Part shown: piece after piece, positions 22,216 through 35,300 of the stretch
Position numbering within the stretch: the stretch's first letter is position 1
How the letters are laid out: the number at the start of each line of letters is the position of its first letter
Source of the DNA: Macrostomum lignano
Taxonomy: Eukaryota
Assembly: GCA_002269645.1 (NCBI GenBank)
Contig: NIVC01003319.1
Coordinates: forward strand, 1 to 57,908
DNA length: 57,908 bases
Reading direction: 5' to 3'
Program-made: the position numbers and the translations under genes
The notes under the pieces: model-generated
Seen by the model: the letters and a program-made list of their open reading frames with translations, nothing else
Database searches by the model: none
What the model was told of the DNA's origin: nothing

Positions 22216-23349
22216 TATATTATATCACCTTTGGTTTGGGATCACCCAACTGTACATCTCCCATTAAAATGATCGTGAAATGAAGCTAGAAGCTAGAAGT
22301 AGGAAAGCGTGTCAAATACAAAAAATACTCGTACTCACATGTCAAAAACTGCTGCTCATTTCAGATTGAGGGCATCAAAATTCGAAATCCCCCCTCTTTC
22401 GCACCCCCTCTCACCTTCGGTTTACGATCACTTCCACATATGCACTTCGCTGAAATGATTACAAACCAAAGCTGGCAATATTACCTTCACCCTAACATCA
22501 TGTGTATTATTTACAATTTTAATTTTAAGCCAGATTTGGTGCACAATCATTTCTATGTGGCATTTGCATTACGCATTCAAATGATTGTATACCAAAGCTG
22601 ATATATAAGTATCATCCAACAAACCACACTTTCAATTTTGCATATTTTTTGTCAGATTGTTTTAAACACGCCAGTTTTCTTCTGCAATGAGCAAAATATA
22701 AGGTGATTTTGTAAACTGAAACTAGGCCCTAGCAAAATAGAAGGTAGGCTAGGCCTAATCATAAACTGAAGCCTAAAGGATCACTAAGTTTTTTCTACCT
22801 TTGGCCAATGACCTAGTGGTTAAACGATATCACATTTTCAAGCTTCTTGAGACTTGATATAACCAATATTTGAGATTAAGCCTAGTTAGTATCTGCTATC
22901 TAATAGAGTATAGACCCATTTACATTATTCTATCTATCAATGCTACAAGATATAATATTGTGTACCAGGGGTTAGCCTCCCTAATTTTAATTATCCCTCT
23001 GCTGATACCAAGTTGTTGCAGGCCTTCTGGCTCTCTCTATTTAATTCTAAAGTTTAATCATTAAACTGCACTAAATCTGCTAAGTTTGCTATTTCTAAGA
23101 ATCCTATTTCTATACTTACATGTACTTTTATGTTATGGGCTATTGTCGCTACGAGTTACCCTTGGTAGCTTCAGTGCCCGAGCGGCAAGACACTGCTGAC
23201 TACTACTAAATTCCTAAAATTATCCAGTCTAAACACGGCGTTTACCACAGACCGAGGGGTTTCCGGCTTCTTTTATTACTGTCTCTCACAACTTAGAACT
23301 GCATCACGCTAATCTGAGCAACCTGAAAATTCTCCCTTCCTGGGTAATC

Positions 23350-23445
23350 CAACCTTCACACTGGGTATTCCACCCTTCTACACCGGGTATTCTACCCTTC
23401 TACACTGGGTATTTCACCCTTTACACTGGGTATTCTACCATCTTT
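23350..23445. repeat. Short tandem repeat of about 23 bp (ACACTGGGTATTCYACCCTTCT), about 4 copies
   Basis: Direct periodicity. Confidence 0.75.
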
Positions 23446-26322
23446 ACTGGCAATCCCTGCTTATCACTATACTGGCAAAATGCTCTTTGCTATCCAACAC
23501 GGTAACTTAGTCTACAATACTGCTTCAAAGGACTAATTCAGAAGAACCAAGAAATCTTAATTTCCTGTTAACTGAATTAGGAACCCGAAAGGTCAAGGTT
23601 GAAACGTTCTTTTTGCCTTGTATTTAAAGTGGTTAACGTCTTGTCTAATTGGCTTGTGTAACATGTATTAAAACAACATCAAACTAAAACAAAATTATTT
23701 TGCCTTACTAAAACAAAAAATTATTCAATAAAACAAATTTGTCAATTAAAACAAATTATACTTGTTATTTTGGCGGGAATTTGCTTTCGCGGAAAGATAC
23801 TAATTTAAACATAGGCCCTTCTACAATTGTTTTTTGTTAAATTTGTACAATTACAATAATATAAAGAAAAACAAAGAAACAAATAAAACAGCTTGTTATA
23901 AACTTGATGTGTATCAAATATAAATATGATACTATCATAGTCACATACCTAGTCTAGACTAGATTCTGACTAAGATAAAAAATTAGAATTTTGTTTTTAT
24001 TTTTGAGTAAGATTGAACAGAAAAATTTAATAAAAAAATAAGATTGAAAATAAGTGAATTGAAAATTGGAGATCAGGCTAAAATTGTGACTTTTATAGGA
24101 AGAGTTATTTTTATAATAAGTTATAGGCCTATATAAAATTTAGCCTATAGGCCTAATGTCATTTTATATTGTCTTTTACTTTTTACTCAACAGCCACAAT
24201 CTGTTGCTCTAGTAGCAGTAGCCTCTGGTTCTTAGTGGCTCATGGTCCTGCAGAAAGTGTTGGCCTAATACTAGTAAGGCATTAGGTATTAGCAAAATCT
24301 CAACATTGTCAACTATATCCTTAACCATATTGTTAGAAAAGTGCTTCAAAGCTAGCCAAGAGAGTTGCATAGTATTGGCCATTGACTATCCAGCCAAGCT
24401 GCTTTCCTAGCTCAACCTGCTAAGGCTATGCTTAGACTATTGTGACCTGACTCTCAGCACTAGCAGGCCCTAAGCAATGTCTAGTTTCCTATGTATAAAA
24501 ATATGCTAATGGCTAACAGTGACTATTTTGGGGCCACATTTAGTTTAGACATATACAAAAGCTGGAGCCTTTTATCTGAAGCTCAAAGGTGTTACAGCTG
24601 AGGGCCTACAGTCAATGTTAGAGTTTATATATACTGGCTTGTTGTCTCTGTCATTAGATTAGGATGATGATAATCTAAATGTAGCATCGCATCTTCATAA
24701 TATTTTTATACTATATGTATTGAATTTAATATTGATTAACTGTTCTCAAATTCCAAGGCTAAACTCAAAATTTTGAGAATTTTTTATAAATGACCTAAAA
24801 ATGCCAAGTCTCAAAATATTGAGATCTCAAAGTACTAGAACTTTGATGATAGAAATTAAGATTAAGATCTTGCCAGGCCCTTTCTTTGACCACCTGCTTA
24901 TTGTCATTTTGTTATAGCATTAATGGCAATCTTTTACTTTTGCACATTTTATTGTTTATTTCTCTTAAAGATTTTAAATTTCAATGGGCACAAATGCTCA
25001 ATGATGTGGCTTGAATGCTATAGTTCCTATGGTACAGTATAGCACACAGGAAAATTCATCTTTTGTTATAGTATGCCAAATATACATAGCTTTTATTTCA
25101 TTAAAAACATTTAAACAAAGTGATACCATATTCGAAGCACTATTGCAAAAAAATAATCATATCTTTATAGAATATTAAATTTAGAACATGTTTATTTACT
25201 TATATTGTATATATCTGTTATTATATTATATGTATATATATATATAGGTAGCTTTACTTCATTTTTTGTGATTTGTTATTTGTAAAATAATTTATATTGC
25301 ATTTATACTGTTTAAACCTAGGTTTTAACCATATTCAAGATAGTGGCATTTGCCTTGGAAAACTCTAGCATATATAAAGGGTCCCAAATGCACTTAGCAC
25401 ATAATCATGACATATAGAGATCACTAGTATAAATGTGGAACAACTTTTTGATGCATTTTTCATAATTATAAAACTAAAACTAAATCTATAAACATTAGTA
25501 TTACATAGAAAAATTTATGGTATTGATTAAAATAGATATGGTTTGAGTTATTACATATATATAATATGTTACAAGGGTTTAAAAGAATGGATTGTCATGG
25601 AGTGTAGTAGTATATATAGTCTTAAAAATATAGAGGATATGACCCATGCCACTGTATAGGAGTTGGGTATTGAGGCTAGGTGGTTTAGCTTTGATGTACA
25701 GAACTTCAATTTTTTAAAAACACCTATCAGTTTTCAAGCACTTTTTAGATTCAAAATTATAGCACCTCTCTCACTATATGAAATGGTCTTAGATGGAAGA
25801 TAGTTTGAAAGGCTGGCTTTACTGTCTCAGAGGTCATGTAGTCTATCCCAAAGGCAGAAGCCTAGAGACTGTATGTTATCAGTGAGTAAATACTGACAAA
25901 TTTCGCAAGAAAAGGCTAATAAACAAGATGGTAAGAATGTTAATGTAAGAAAGCTAGTCTTACTGCAAAAGGCAGGGACTTGCTGTCTGCGCACAGATTT
26001 CTATGGTAAGCAGCGCACAAACCAACCAGGCAGCAAGTGAGACTCCTTCCCATCTAGCATGTCAGTTTGAACCAAGCTTGATCAGTAAGCCTAGCCGGCA
26101 GGAATGCGAGTGACATGCTATGCCAGAAAATATCTAGCAGTTGGGAACAAACAAATTATGGATTCTGGTTGGGTAGGAAGAGGTTTTAATGCATTGAAAT
26201 TGTTATTAACAGACTGTTGTTTAACATTGTTAATTATAATTTGTATAAAACTTAATTTTCTGTTGTTGGCCTTTGAAAACTGAACCAAAGCCATACCCAA
26301 CAATAAAAAAACTGACATCAAA

Positions 26323-29300
26323 ATGACAGCGAATGGCACCGCTTCGGAACCATTTTTGCCGGTAGGCCGCAGTCCAGAGTCAATCTCAATGCTGCGCGGT
26401 CTCTCAGACCGGGAGTCAAACAATCGCAGCGACATATTCTCCCAGTGTAGAAGCATGTTTCAAGTGTGGTACTTTGGCCTCAGCTCGCCGCCAAATCTGT
26501 CAGACATGCAGTATCTTGGCGGGGCAGCAGCTGCTGGCCGCGCTGGCGACCCGTCGCAGCGGTGCAACATCGAGGAGCAGCTGCCGGACCTGCTGCGAAT
26601 TTCTAAAGCTGCACCGCTGCCAGACGCGAGAGAGAAAGCCGCGGAGCTTCTGGACTTTGTTGAGGTGAGCGGCTGCGTGGGCTTCAACAAAATTGGATAT
26701 AAATAAAAATCAACATATCGATTGATTTATTATTACACATTTTATGCGTCAATCTGTACACAGGCAGATTGAAGAGATTAATAATTGAAAATATTAACTT
26801 AAAATTTGACTTTGTCGCCAGTTTAGGTTAGGTTTAGGTTAGGGAACCGTAAACATGATTGATTGTAAAAATGGAAACCGTAAACATGACTCATGTTAAA
26901 AAGAGTCCCGCAAAGACTGGGTGTCGTGTGCTGTATGCAATGAAAAAGTAGGGTCAAAACCGTATCAATAGCTTAAATAAATCTGCGCTGCGTGTACTTT
27001 TATTGGAAATCTACCCTCAGCTAGCTAGCATTGAGAGGGGAAAGAGATTTATGGCAAGGCAGCTGACTTTTACATGCAGGAAATATGCAGGTTCCTAGTC
27101 GGTAAAGTGCACCACTGATCTGACCTACAGCTGTACAGCCGCTATTAATCTAAGAGTTTCATTTCTGCTGTTAAAATAAGTTTTCTTTTTAAAGTTTTGA
27201 AAAGTTTAGCTACTCTCAGATTGAAGATTTAGATAACGCAAAACACTGTTACATGCATATTCAAGTGGCTTATAAGAGTGCGTGTGTGTGTTTTTTTAAA
27301 TCGGTTATTAAAGCATGCCTAACCGGCGTGCCCCTCTCAGCTGTGTTCTTGCTGGGTGTCGGGTGACAAAGTCTTCTTGTACAATCGTATGCTGCTGCAA
27401 TATCATGCGGCGCTGGTGTGCAAAAGGTAGATAAGAGAGTCGAGTGTGTTTTTTTTGCTTTTCTGCTCTTTTGAAGGAAATCAAGATTCGTTTTACTTGT
27501 TGTAGCTTCACTTCCTACTCGGCACCTATCTTTATGTTCAATATGTTCAAAATGCATATAGAATTATATTATATACTCAGCAACATATACCAAACGCTTG
27601 GGGTTCTCTGACATGTTGCTGGGTATATTTAAAACTCTATAATTGCTCAATCAGCTTTGCCTGTCAGCTTGTATGCATAGAAAGACAAACAGAAGACAGA
27701 GGGAAAGAAAATGTTTTGGAGGTAATATCGCTGGCGTTGCAAACGAAATATGAACGCAAAAAATCCAGGGGTTGGGAATTATTACTATAGTTTTTTTATT
27801 GCTAAGAGAACGAATGAAAAGGTGAAAAATGGCCCAAAACAAACCCGTTGGGGTAGACCCAAAATGAATGTGTGCCTTGTGTAATTGAGTAGTTGAACTA
27901 CAAATGATCAAATGTTAGATCATAATTTGACCTAAGTTACGATTTTCTATATTTTGGTTACTCCGTTTAACAGGTTGTGCTTGAAGAGAGGAGAAAGGAT
28001 TAACATTTCAGAAGTTTCTAGAATTGAAAAGTTTGCAGGAAGTGCTGTTTATATTAACAATTCTTCAAGATCTTACTGAATATAAGCTGTGACGTACAAC
28101 GCAATTTCCAAACTGTAAATTTTCTGCGCACACTAATGCATCTTGCTGAAATTCTTAGTTTTGATTTATTATATTGCTTCAATGGCGTGTACTTTTACAT
28201 ACAAACTACTGTTCGCTGACGTTATGCTTTCGCTTTGTCTGTCTGTGTGCTGTGCATGTTATTAATAATATGCTTTTGAAGTGTGTCTGTCTGGTGCCTA
28301 GATTTCTATACTAAACTTATTGTGTCCTCTGACAAATAGGCTGTGTCTAATAATTTAATGAGTCTCATGCCTTTGCTAAACTGCTACAAGTTAGGCTGTT
28401 TAGAGTGCCAAACTGAGTGTTTGGAGTGCCAAACTGGGTGTTTAGAGTGCCAAACTCTGTGTTTAGAGTGCCAAACTCTGTGTTTAGAGTGCCAAACTGG
28501 GTGTTTAGAGTGCCAAACTGGGTGTTTTGAGTGCCAAACTCTGTGTTTAGAGTGCCAAACTGGGTGTTTAGAGTGCCAAAATGAGTGTTTAGAGTTCCAA
28601 AATGAGTGTTTAGAGTTCCAAAATGGGTGTTTAGAGTGCCAAACTCCGTGTTAAGAGTGCCAAACTCCGTGTTTAGAGTGCCAAACTAGGTGTTTAGAGT
28701 GCCAAACTCCGTGTTTAGAGTGCCAAACTCCGTGTTTAGAGTGCCAAAATGGGTGTTTAGAGTGCCAAACTGGGTGTTTAGAGTGCCAAACTCCGTGTTT
28801 AGAGTGCCAAACTGGGTGTTTAGAGTGCCAAACTGGGTGTTTAGAGTGCCAAAATGGGTGTTTAGAGTGCCAAACTGGGTGTTTAGAGTGCCAAAATGGT
28901 TGTTTAGAGTGCCAAAATGGGTGTTTAGAGTGCCAAAATGGGTGTTTAGAGTGCCAAACTCCGTGTTTAGAGTGCCAAAATGGGTGTTTAGAGTGCCAAA
29001 CTGGGTGTTTAGAGTGGCAAACTGGGTGTTTAGAGTGCCAAACTGGGTGTTTATTTAAAGTGCCAAAAAGTTTTAGCACCATAAGTAGATTATGCAAAAG
29101 TGAGTCGCTAAAAGGGCTAGAATATAGTACTTATGATTAATTTCATGCTTAGTTTGCATGCAAAAATGGCCTGTTAAAAACAGGGACCCTGGATTGTCTA
29201 CATTCTCTACTTGGATCTAAATTACTCATAGGCTGATAATTTTAAATATATGTATATATAGCAGATGATTTCTGATTATTAAAGTTGTTGCACAGCTAAT

Positions 29301-32300
29301 GCTTGAAAAAAGCAGACAGATTCTAATGCTCTTATCGCTTTTATACGAGCTAGCTTCAAGACTGCCTGGATTTTAAGCGTTTATCTTGTCTCTGAACTCT
29401 TAGCTGGGTCTGCCTAAGCTTAATGTTTTGCTTGTGTGTGCTAAACTGTGCTAGCATTAGGTTACTGCTTGCCACTGCCTCAGTGCAAAGTTCAGGAATT
29501 TTTCTCTTTAAGCTGTGTAATGTTTCAAATGTTTTTTCTGATTTCGTTACAAGTTTTTCGTAATAGAAAATTTGGTAATTTATTGGCATTAATTTGCTGC
29601 TGAATTTCTGCTGTTGCACATCGTTTGGAATTGAAGATGCTTTTGCCATCAAAACTGTTTTGCTATGCTATCTTCACGAATAATCTCTCTTCTCTAATCA
29701 TCTAATATCCCATCTCCCTATCCCTCTCCCCTCCCGCTCTCCCCTCCCTCACTCCCCTCCATCTCTCCCCTCCCTCACTCCCCTCCATCTCTCCCCTCCA
29801 TCTCTCCCCTCCCTCACTCCCCTCCATCTCTTCCCTCCATCTCTCCCCTCCATCTCTCCCTTCCATCTCTCCCCTCCCTCACTCCCCTCCATCTCTCCCC
29901 TCCATCTCTCCCCTCCCTCACTCCCCTCCATCTCTCCCCTCCATCTCTCCCCTCCCTCACTCCCCTCCATCTCTCCCCTCCATCTCTCCCCTCCCTCACT
30001 CCCCTCCATCTTTCCCCTCCATCTCTCCCCTCCATCTCTCCCCTCCATCTCTCCCCTCCCTCACTCCCCTCCCTCACTCCCCTCCATCTCTCCCCTCCCT
30101 CACTCCCCTCCATCTCTCCCCTCCATCTCTCCCCTCCATCTCTCCCTCCCTCACTCCCCTCCCTCACTCCCCTCCATCTCTCCCCTCCCTCACTCCCCTC
30201 CATCTCTCCCCTCCCTCCCCTCCCTCACTCCCCTCCATCTCTCCCCTCCCTCCCCTCCCTCACTCCCCTCCATCTCTCCCCTCCCTCACTCCCCTCCCTC
30301 ACTCCCCTCCATCTCTCCCCTCCCTCACTCCCCTCCATCTCTCCCCTCCATCTCTCCCCTCCATCTCTCCCCTCCCTCACTCCCCTCCCTCACTCCTCCA
30401 TCTCTCCCCTCCCTCACTCCCCTCCATCTCTCCCCTCCATCTCTCCCCTCCATCTCTCCCCTCCATCTCTCCCCTCCCTCACTCCCCTCCCTCACTCCCC
30501 TCTATCTCTCCCCTCCCTCACTCCCCTCCATCTCTCCCCTTCCTCACTCCCCTCCATCTCTCCCCTCCATCTCTCCCCTCCATCTCTCCCCTCCATCTCT
30601 CCCCTCCATCTCTCCCCTCCCTCACTCCCCTCCATCTCTCCCCTCCATCTCTCCCCTCCATCTCTCCCCTCCCTCACTCCCCTCCCTCACTCCCCTCCAT
30701 CTCTCCCCTCCCTCACTCCCCTCCATCTCTCCCCTCCCTCACTCCCCTCCTGCTCTTCCTTCTCTCTTCTCCCTCCGCGTCCCTCTCTCCCCTCTCTCTC
30801 ACATTTCCCTCTCCTCCCCATCTCTTCTCTCTTTCTCTCCCCTCCTCTCCCCTCTTTTTCTATCCTCTCACTCTCTTTCAGTACTCCATTGTAAAGTGAT
30901 GGTTTTTTTCAAAGCCGTGTAATCGTATTTTTCCCACCAGCCTTGACCGTTAAAGTGCAATCCCGCCCAGAGACTGGGCTACAGTGCAGGTCATCGTTTA
31001 CTTTAGGAAAAGCAATCGCAAACGGACCTCCTGCTTACCTGACGTGTTTCCCAAATCCACCACGTGAATTTTTTTCTTGTTTCCCATTGCCTGTGGCATT
31101 TGGACTTTCCAGGGTTTGGCATTTAATAGTCATGCCTTGATTCTTCCTGTTTTGCTGTTTCATCATTTGGAATGTCAGGAAGACGTTAGCCAGTGTTAAA
31201 GTACAAATGTTGGTTTCTAAGAGCCTAGCATTAGCTAGATTGTGTGACGCGAAGGCTTGTGTTGCAATGGAGTTTCCCAGTTCTGTGCTGTGTTTTTGTG
31301 TGTGCCGGAATCCACGGCGCCCCTTCTACTTTGCCCTTTACACTGCACTGGAGCGGCGTTGTCCAGGGTTATTCGATTGCACAAAAAAGCTGTTGCTTCA
31401 TGTGCTCTCCGCTTATAATATGATTGCATGTAGTTCAGAGCTGTGCGTGGGTGAGTCACTTTGAATCCACTTGCTTTACTGGAATAAACACTGTGAATTA
31501 GAGGATCATATATATAGGATTGGGATTATTGCTGCGGAAATACCTGACTGACAGAAAAACTGAGCTGGAACCAACTGAGCTGAGCTAAACCAAACTAAAT
31601 CAAACTGAACTAAACTGTAACAAACTGAGATAAACTAAAGCTAACTAGAACAAACTAAGCTGAGCTAAACTAAACTAAACCTAAAGAGAGCTAACTAAAC
31701 TAAAGCTAACTAGAACAAACTAAGCGGAGCTAAACTAAACTAAACCTAAAGAGAGCTAACTAAACTAAAGCTAACTAGAACAAACTAAGCTGAGCTAAAC
31801 TAAACTAGACTAAACCTAAAGAGAGCTAACTAAACTAAAGCTAACTAGAACAAACTAAGCTGAGCTAAACTAAACTAGACTAAACCTAAAGAGAGCTAAC
31901 TAAACTAAAGCTAACTAGAACAAACTAAGCTGAGCTAAACTAAACTAGACTAAACCTAAAGAGAGCTAACTAAACTAAAGCTAACTAGAACAAAATAAGT
32001 TGAGCTAAACTAAACTAAACCTAAAGAGAGCTAACTAAACTAAACCTAAAGAGAGCTAACTAAACTAAAGCTAACTAGAACAAACTAAGCTGAGCTAAAC
32101 TAAACTAGACTAAACCTAAAGAGAGCTAACTAAACTAAAGCTAACTAGAACAAACTAATCTGAGCTAAACTAAACTAAACTAAACCTAAAGAGAGCTAAC
32201 TAAACTAAAGCTAACTAGAACAAACTAAGCTGAGCTAAACTAAACTAGACTAAACCTAAAGAGAGCTAACTAAACTAAAGCTAACTAGAACAAACTAAGC

Positions 32301-35300
32301 TAAAATAAGCTAAACTAAAACAAACTAAACTTTAGTAAACAAAAAACAAACTGAGCCATGCCAAAACAAACTTTAACTGACTTTGCCCGACCAAAACTGG
32401 ACCCAGGCTACAGCTGAACTTATCAAATTTGACTGACAGACTTGGTGCAATCCAAAGTGTGCACCACCTGGTCAAAACAATCGTGCCATTGCACTTAGAA
32501 TCTTTAGCAGTTGTTGCCAAACCAGAAATGCAAATATGGCCTGATATCGCAGTGATTTCATTTCGTGGTGCAGAAGATTTGTCAAATCTATTTAGTTCTA
32601 CATTTCGGTTTTACAATTCGTTTCTGATGAAATAAGCCGATAAACAAGTGTTTAATGACTGGCAGTTGGTGCCGAATGTACAAATGTCTTCAAAACAGCT
32701 TGAACACAGATGGAGCCTCAACTCAACTGCCCGTTGTAAACGAGCAGAAGTTCCTGAAATCATTTTTAAAAAATAAAAGCTTAACAGTGTTTAAAAATCT
32801 CGAGAAGACTTCTTGACATGTCACCTCTTATCAATCAAGACATTTGGCTTCTTATCTTACCTGGATTGCTCCTGGCCCTGACTAGTGTCTTGAGGATAGT
32901 TAAAAATTCGATTCCAATTTATCGTTTTGTAAAGTTTTTTCCACAAATTTGGTAAGGTTTAAATCCAGGCCACAGTGCTTGTTAAGGTCACTGGTTTTAT
33001 GGGGTTGGTAAACATACTGCAGAAATGTGACGCTTCAATGTGCGATATGGTATAGTTATCTTAGTTTGAAATTACATATAGTTATAGTAGTAATCATAAT
33101 TGATTGCACCTGCCCAACTGGGCCAGATGTGCAACCGACAGCTCAGCTGCAGCTATTGCGCGGCGCATCTGAAGGCTGCTTACGGCTGTTCAAAGATTGG
33201 GGGTTAGTGGTGGGGGGGGGGGCCGCGACACACAGCCTCAATTACCCCAGCTAATGCTGGCATCCATTTTACAGCTGGGTGAACTGAAACAATGCAAAGT
33301 TAAGTGTCTTGCTCAAGGACACAGATTGTTATGAGTGGGTCGAGAATCGAACCCCCTCCAACCTTCAAGTCGGGAGTCCGATGCTCTTACCACTAGGCTA
33401 CAACCCCCTTTGATTGTTGGATTATAAATTCACATCAGAAAGTTGTAGAAAGTCGACACTTGTTAATCCCAAAGCAAAAAAAAATTAAGCAGCTAACTCC
33501 TTGACTAAGAGCGGATTTTGCATAGATTTTAGCAGCCCAGCAGAGCATTCAAACAGCGCTCGTGAAACTGAAGTTTATAGAAATGAACTAATAAAAGTGT
33601 GTGTTTCGAGGCAGAAGCCATAAAAGTTTGTATAAATATAGCTCAAAATCAAATGTTCGGCAGTCGCATGCCCCGGACTCCCTTTAACAAACTTCTCAAA
33701 TAAAGTGAGAACTTTTGGCACTTTTTCCCAGAGCAAAAATATAGGATCAAGTTTAAGTTTTGTGTCAGTTTAAAGCGAAAGATGTCTTCCTTCGAAAAAA
33801 TTCCATCTTAATTAAATGAATGAGCTTTTAATAAAAATTATGTTTAAAATGATTGCACTATGCCACTTATAGGCCTACCATGAAAGTGAGTCTTAAATCC
33901 TTCTAAATCTTATAGACTCTTCAATCCGACTAAATCTCATGGACTCTTTAAATCTAACGAAATCTTTAAAAACTTTCAAATCCAACAAAAAGTTTTTTCC
34001 AACGAGTGTCAGAAAATTCAACTAAAATGAAATTACCTAACTAGCCTATAACTGTAATTCCAATGGCAAAATTATTTACAGCTATTGCAGAAAACTAACA
34101 AAAAATGAGTAGTTCTAACGCTAAGCAGCAAGCAGTCATACGAGTTGAAACTAAAAGCTTCGTTGCTCAGTGTATACTTTCTGATAGTACTGAAATGAAA
34201 TGATAGGGTGAAACAAAGGTCACCTAAAGAGATACACAGAGATATTATAGAAAAAGAAGCATGACACCCCATTGGCCATGCACATTGTCACTGCAACGTA
34301 AAGTGGGGGTGTGTCACTTTGAGTGGCGGGTTAGTGCAAAACAATCAAGCCTATTTAGCTAGTGCAGCAGCGTAAAAGAGAGGACAAGACTGAATCTGTC
34401 TTTTTGAGAGCCTTGACTGAGGCCTTGCCTACCCAGGCCGTCATGCCAGTTAAAAGACTGCCAGCTACAAACAAACTAAACGAAGCTTCAACCGAAAACG
34501 GTTGTTGGTCTGCCGCCGAAAGCTTTCGTCAGCTTGGCGATCGATGCAGGCAGCTTCGCAGTCGTCGACAAGCTCAAGAGCAGCAGAAACAGCTTCAATT
34601 GCGCTTAGAACAATCCAAACAGCAGCAGCACAGAAATAGTTCAATATTGTTGCAGCTGCTTTTCTGCGAAAGCAACGATAGTGAGGATCAAAATAATAGC
34701 GCTCAACCACCGACGTTTCAGACTAATCTGCACATGCGACTGCCCAGGCCTCGCTATGCCGCAGATTTTGCCGCCTCAGAATTTATCCCACAACGCGAGC
34801 TGATCCCGCTAGATGAGACTTTATCGAATGGTGAAGCCTCCGCTAGCGCGTCACGAGCCACTTTCTCCAACCACTTCGATTACGAAGATGACGAATTAGC
34901 TGAAACCGGGAGCAGCAGTCACGATTTAGATGCCGAACTAATCGAGAGAAGCCAAGACCTGCTGTTGGATCAGTTTCACGAATGGCATCGAAGTTGCAAT
35001 ATGTTCCACGTGATGGCCTACCATCCTGAGTACCTGGACATCTTCCTGCGCTTTCACAACTGCCTGCTGCGTAGTGCCGGGCCTGTTGGATACGCCGAAC
35101 GGCACTACCTGGCTTTGATGGTGAGTGAACTATGTGGAATATTGTCACTCCCTAGATTATGAATGTCACTCCGTAGATTATGAATGTCACTCCGTAGATT
35201 AGAAGTGTCACTAAGTAGATTATAAATGTCACTCCTTAGATTAGAAATGTCACTCCTTAGATTATAGATGTCACTCCATAGATTAGTGTCACTCCGTAGA

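Noticed and set aside
26820-26850. TTAGG(G) telomere-like repeats
   Set aside because: Only about four degenerate units; more likely a transposon-internal simple repeat.
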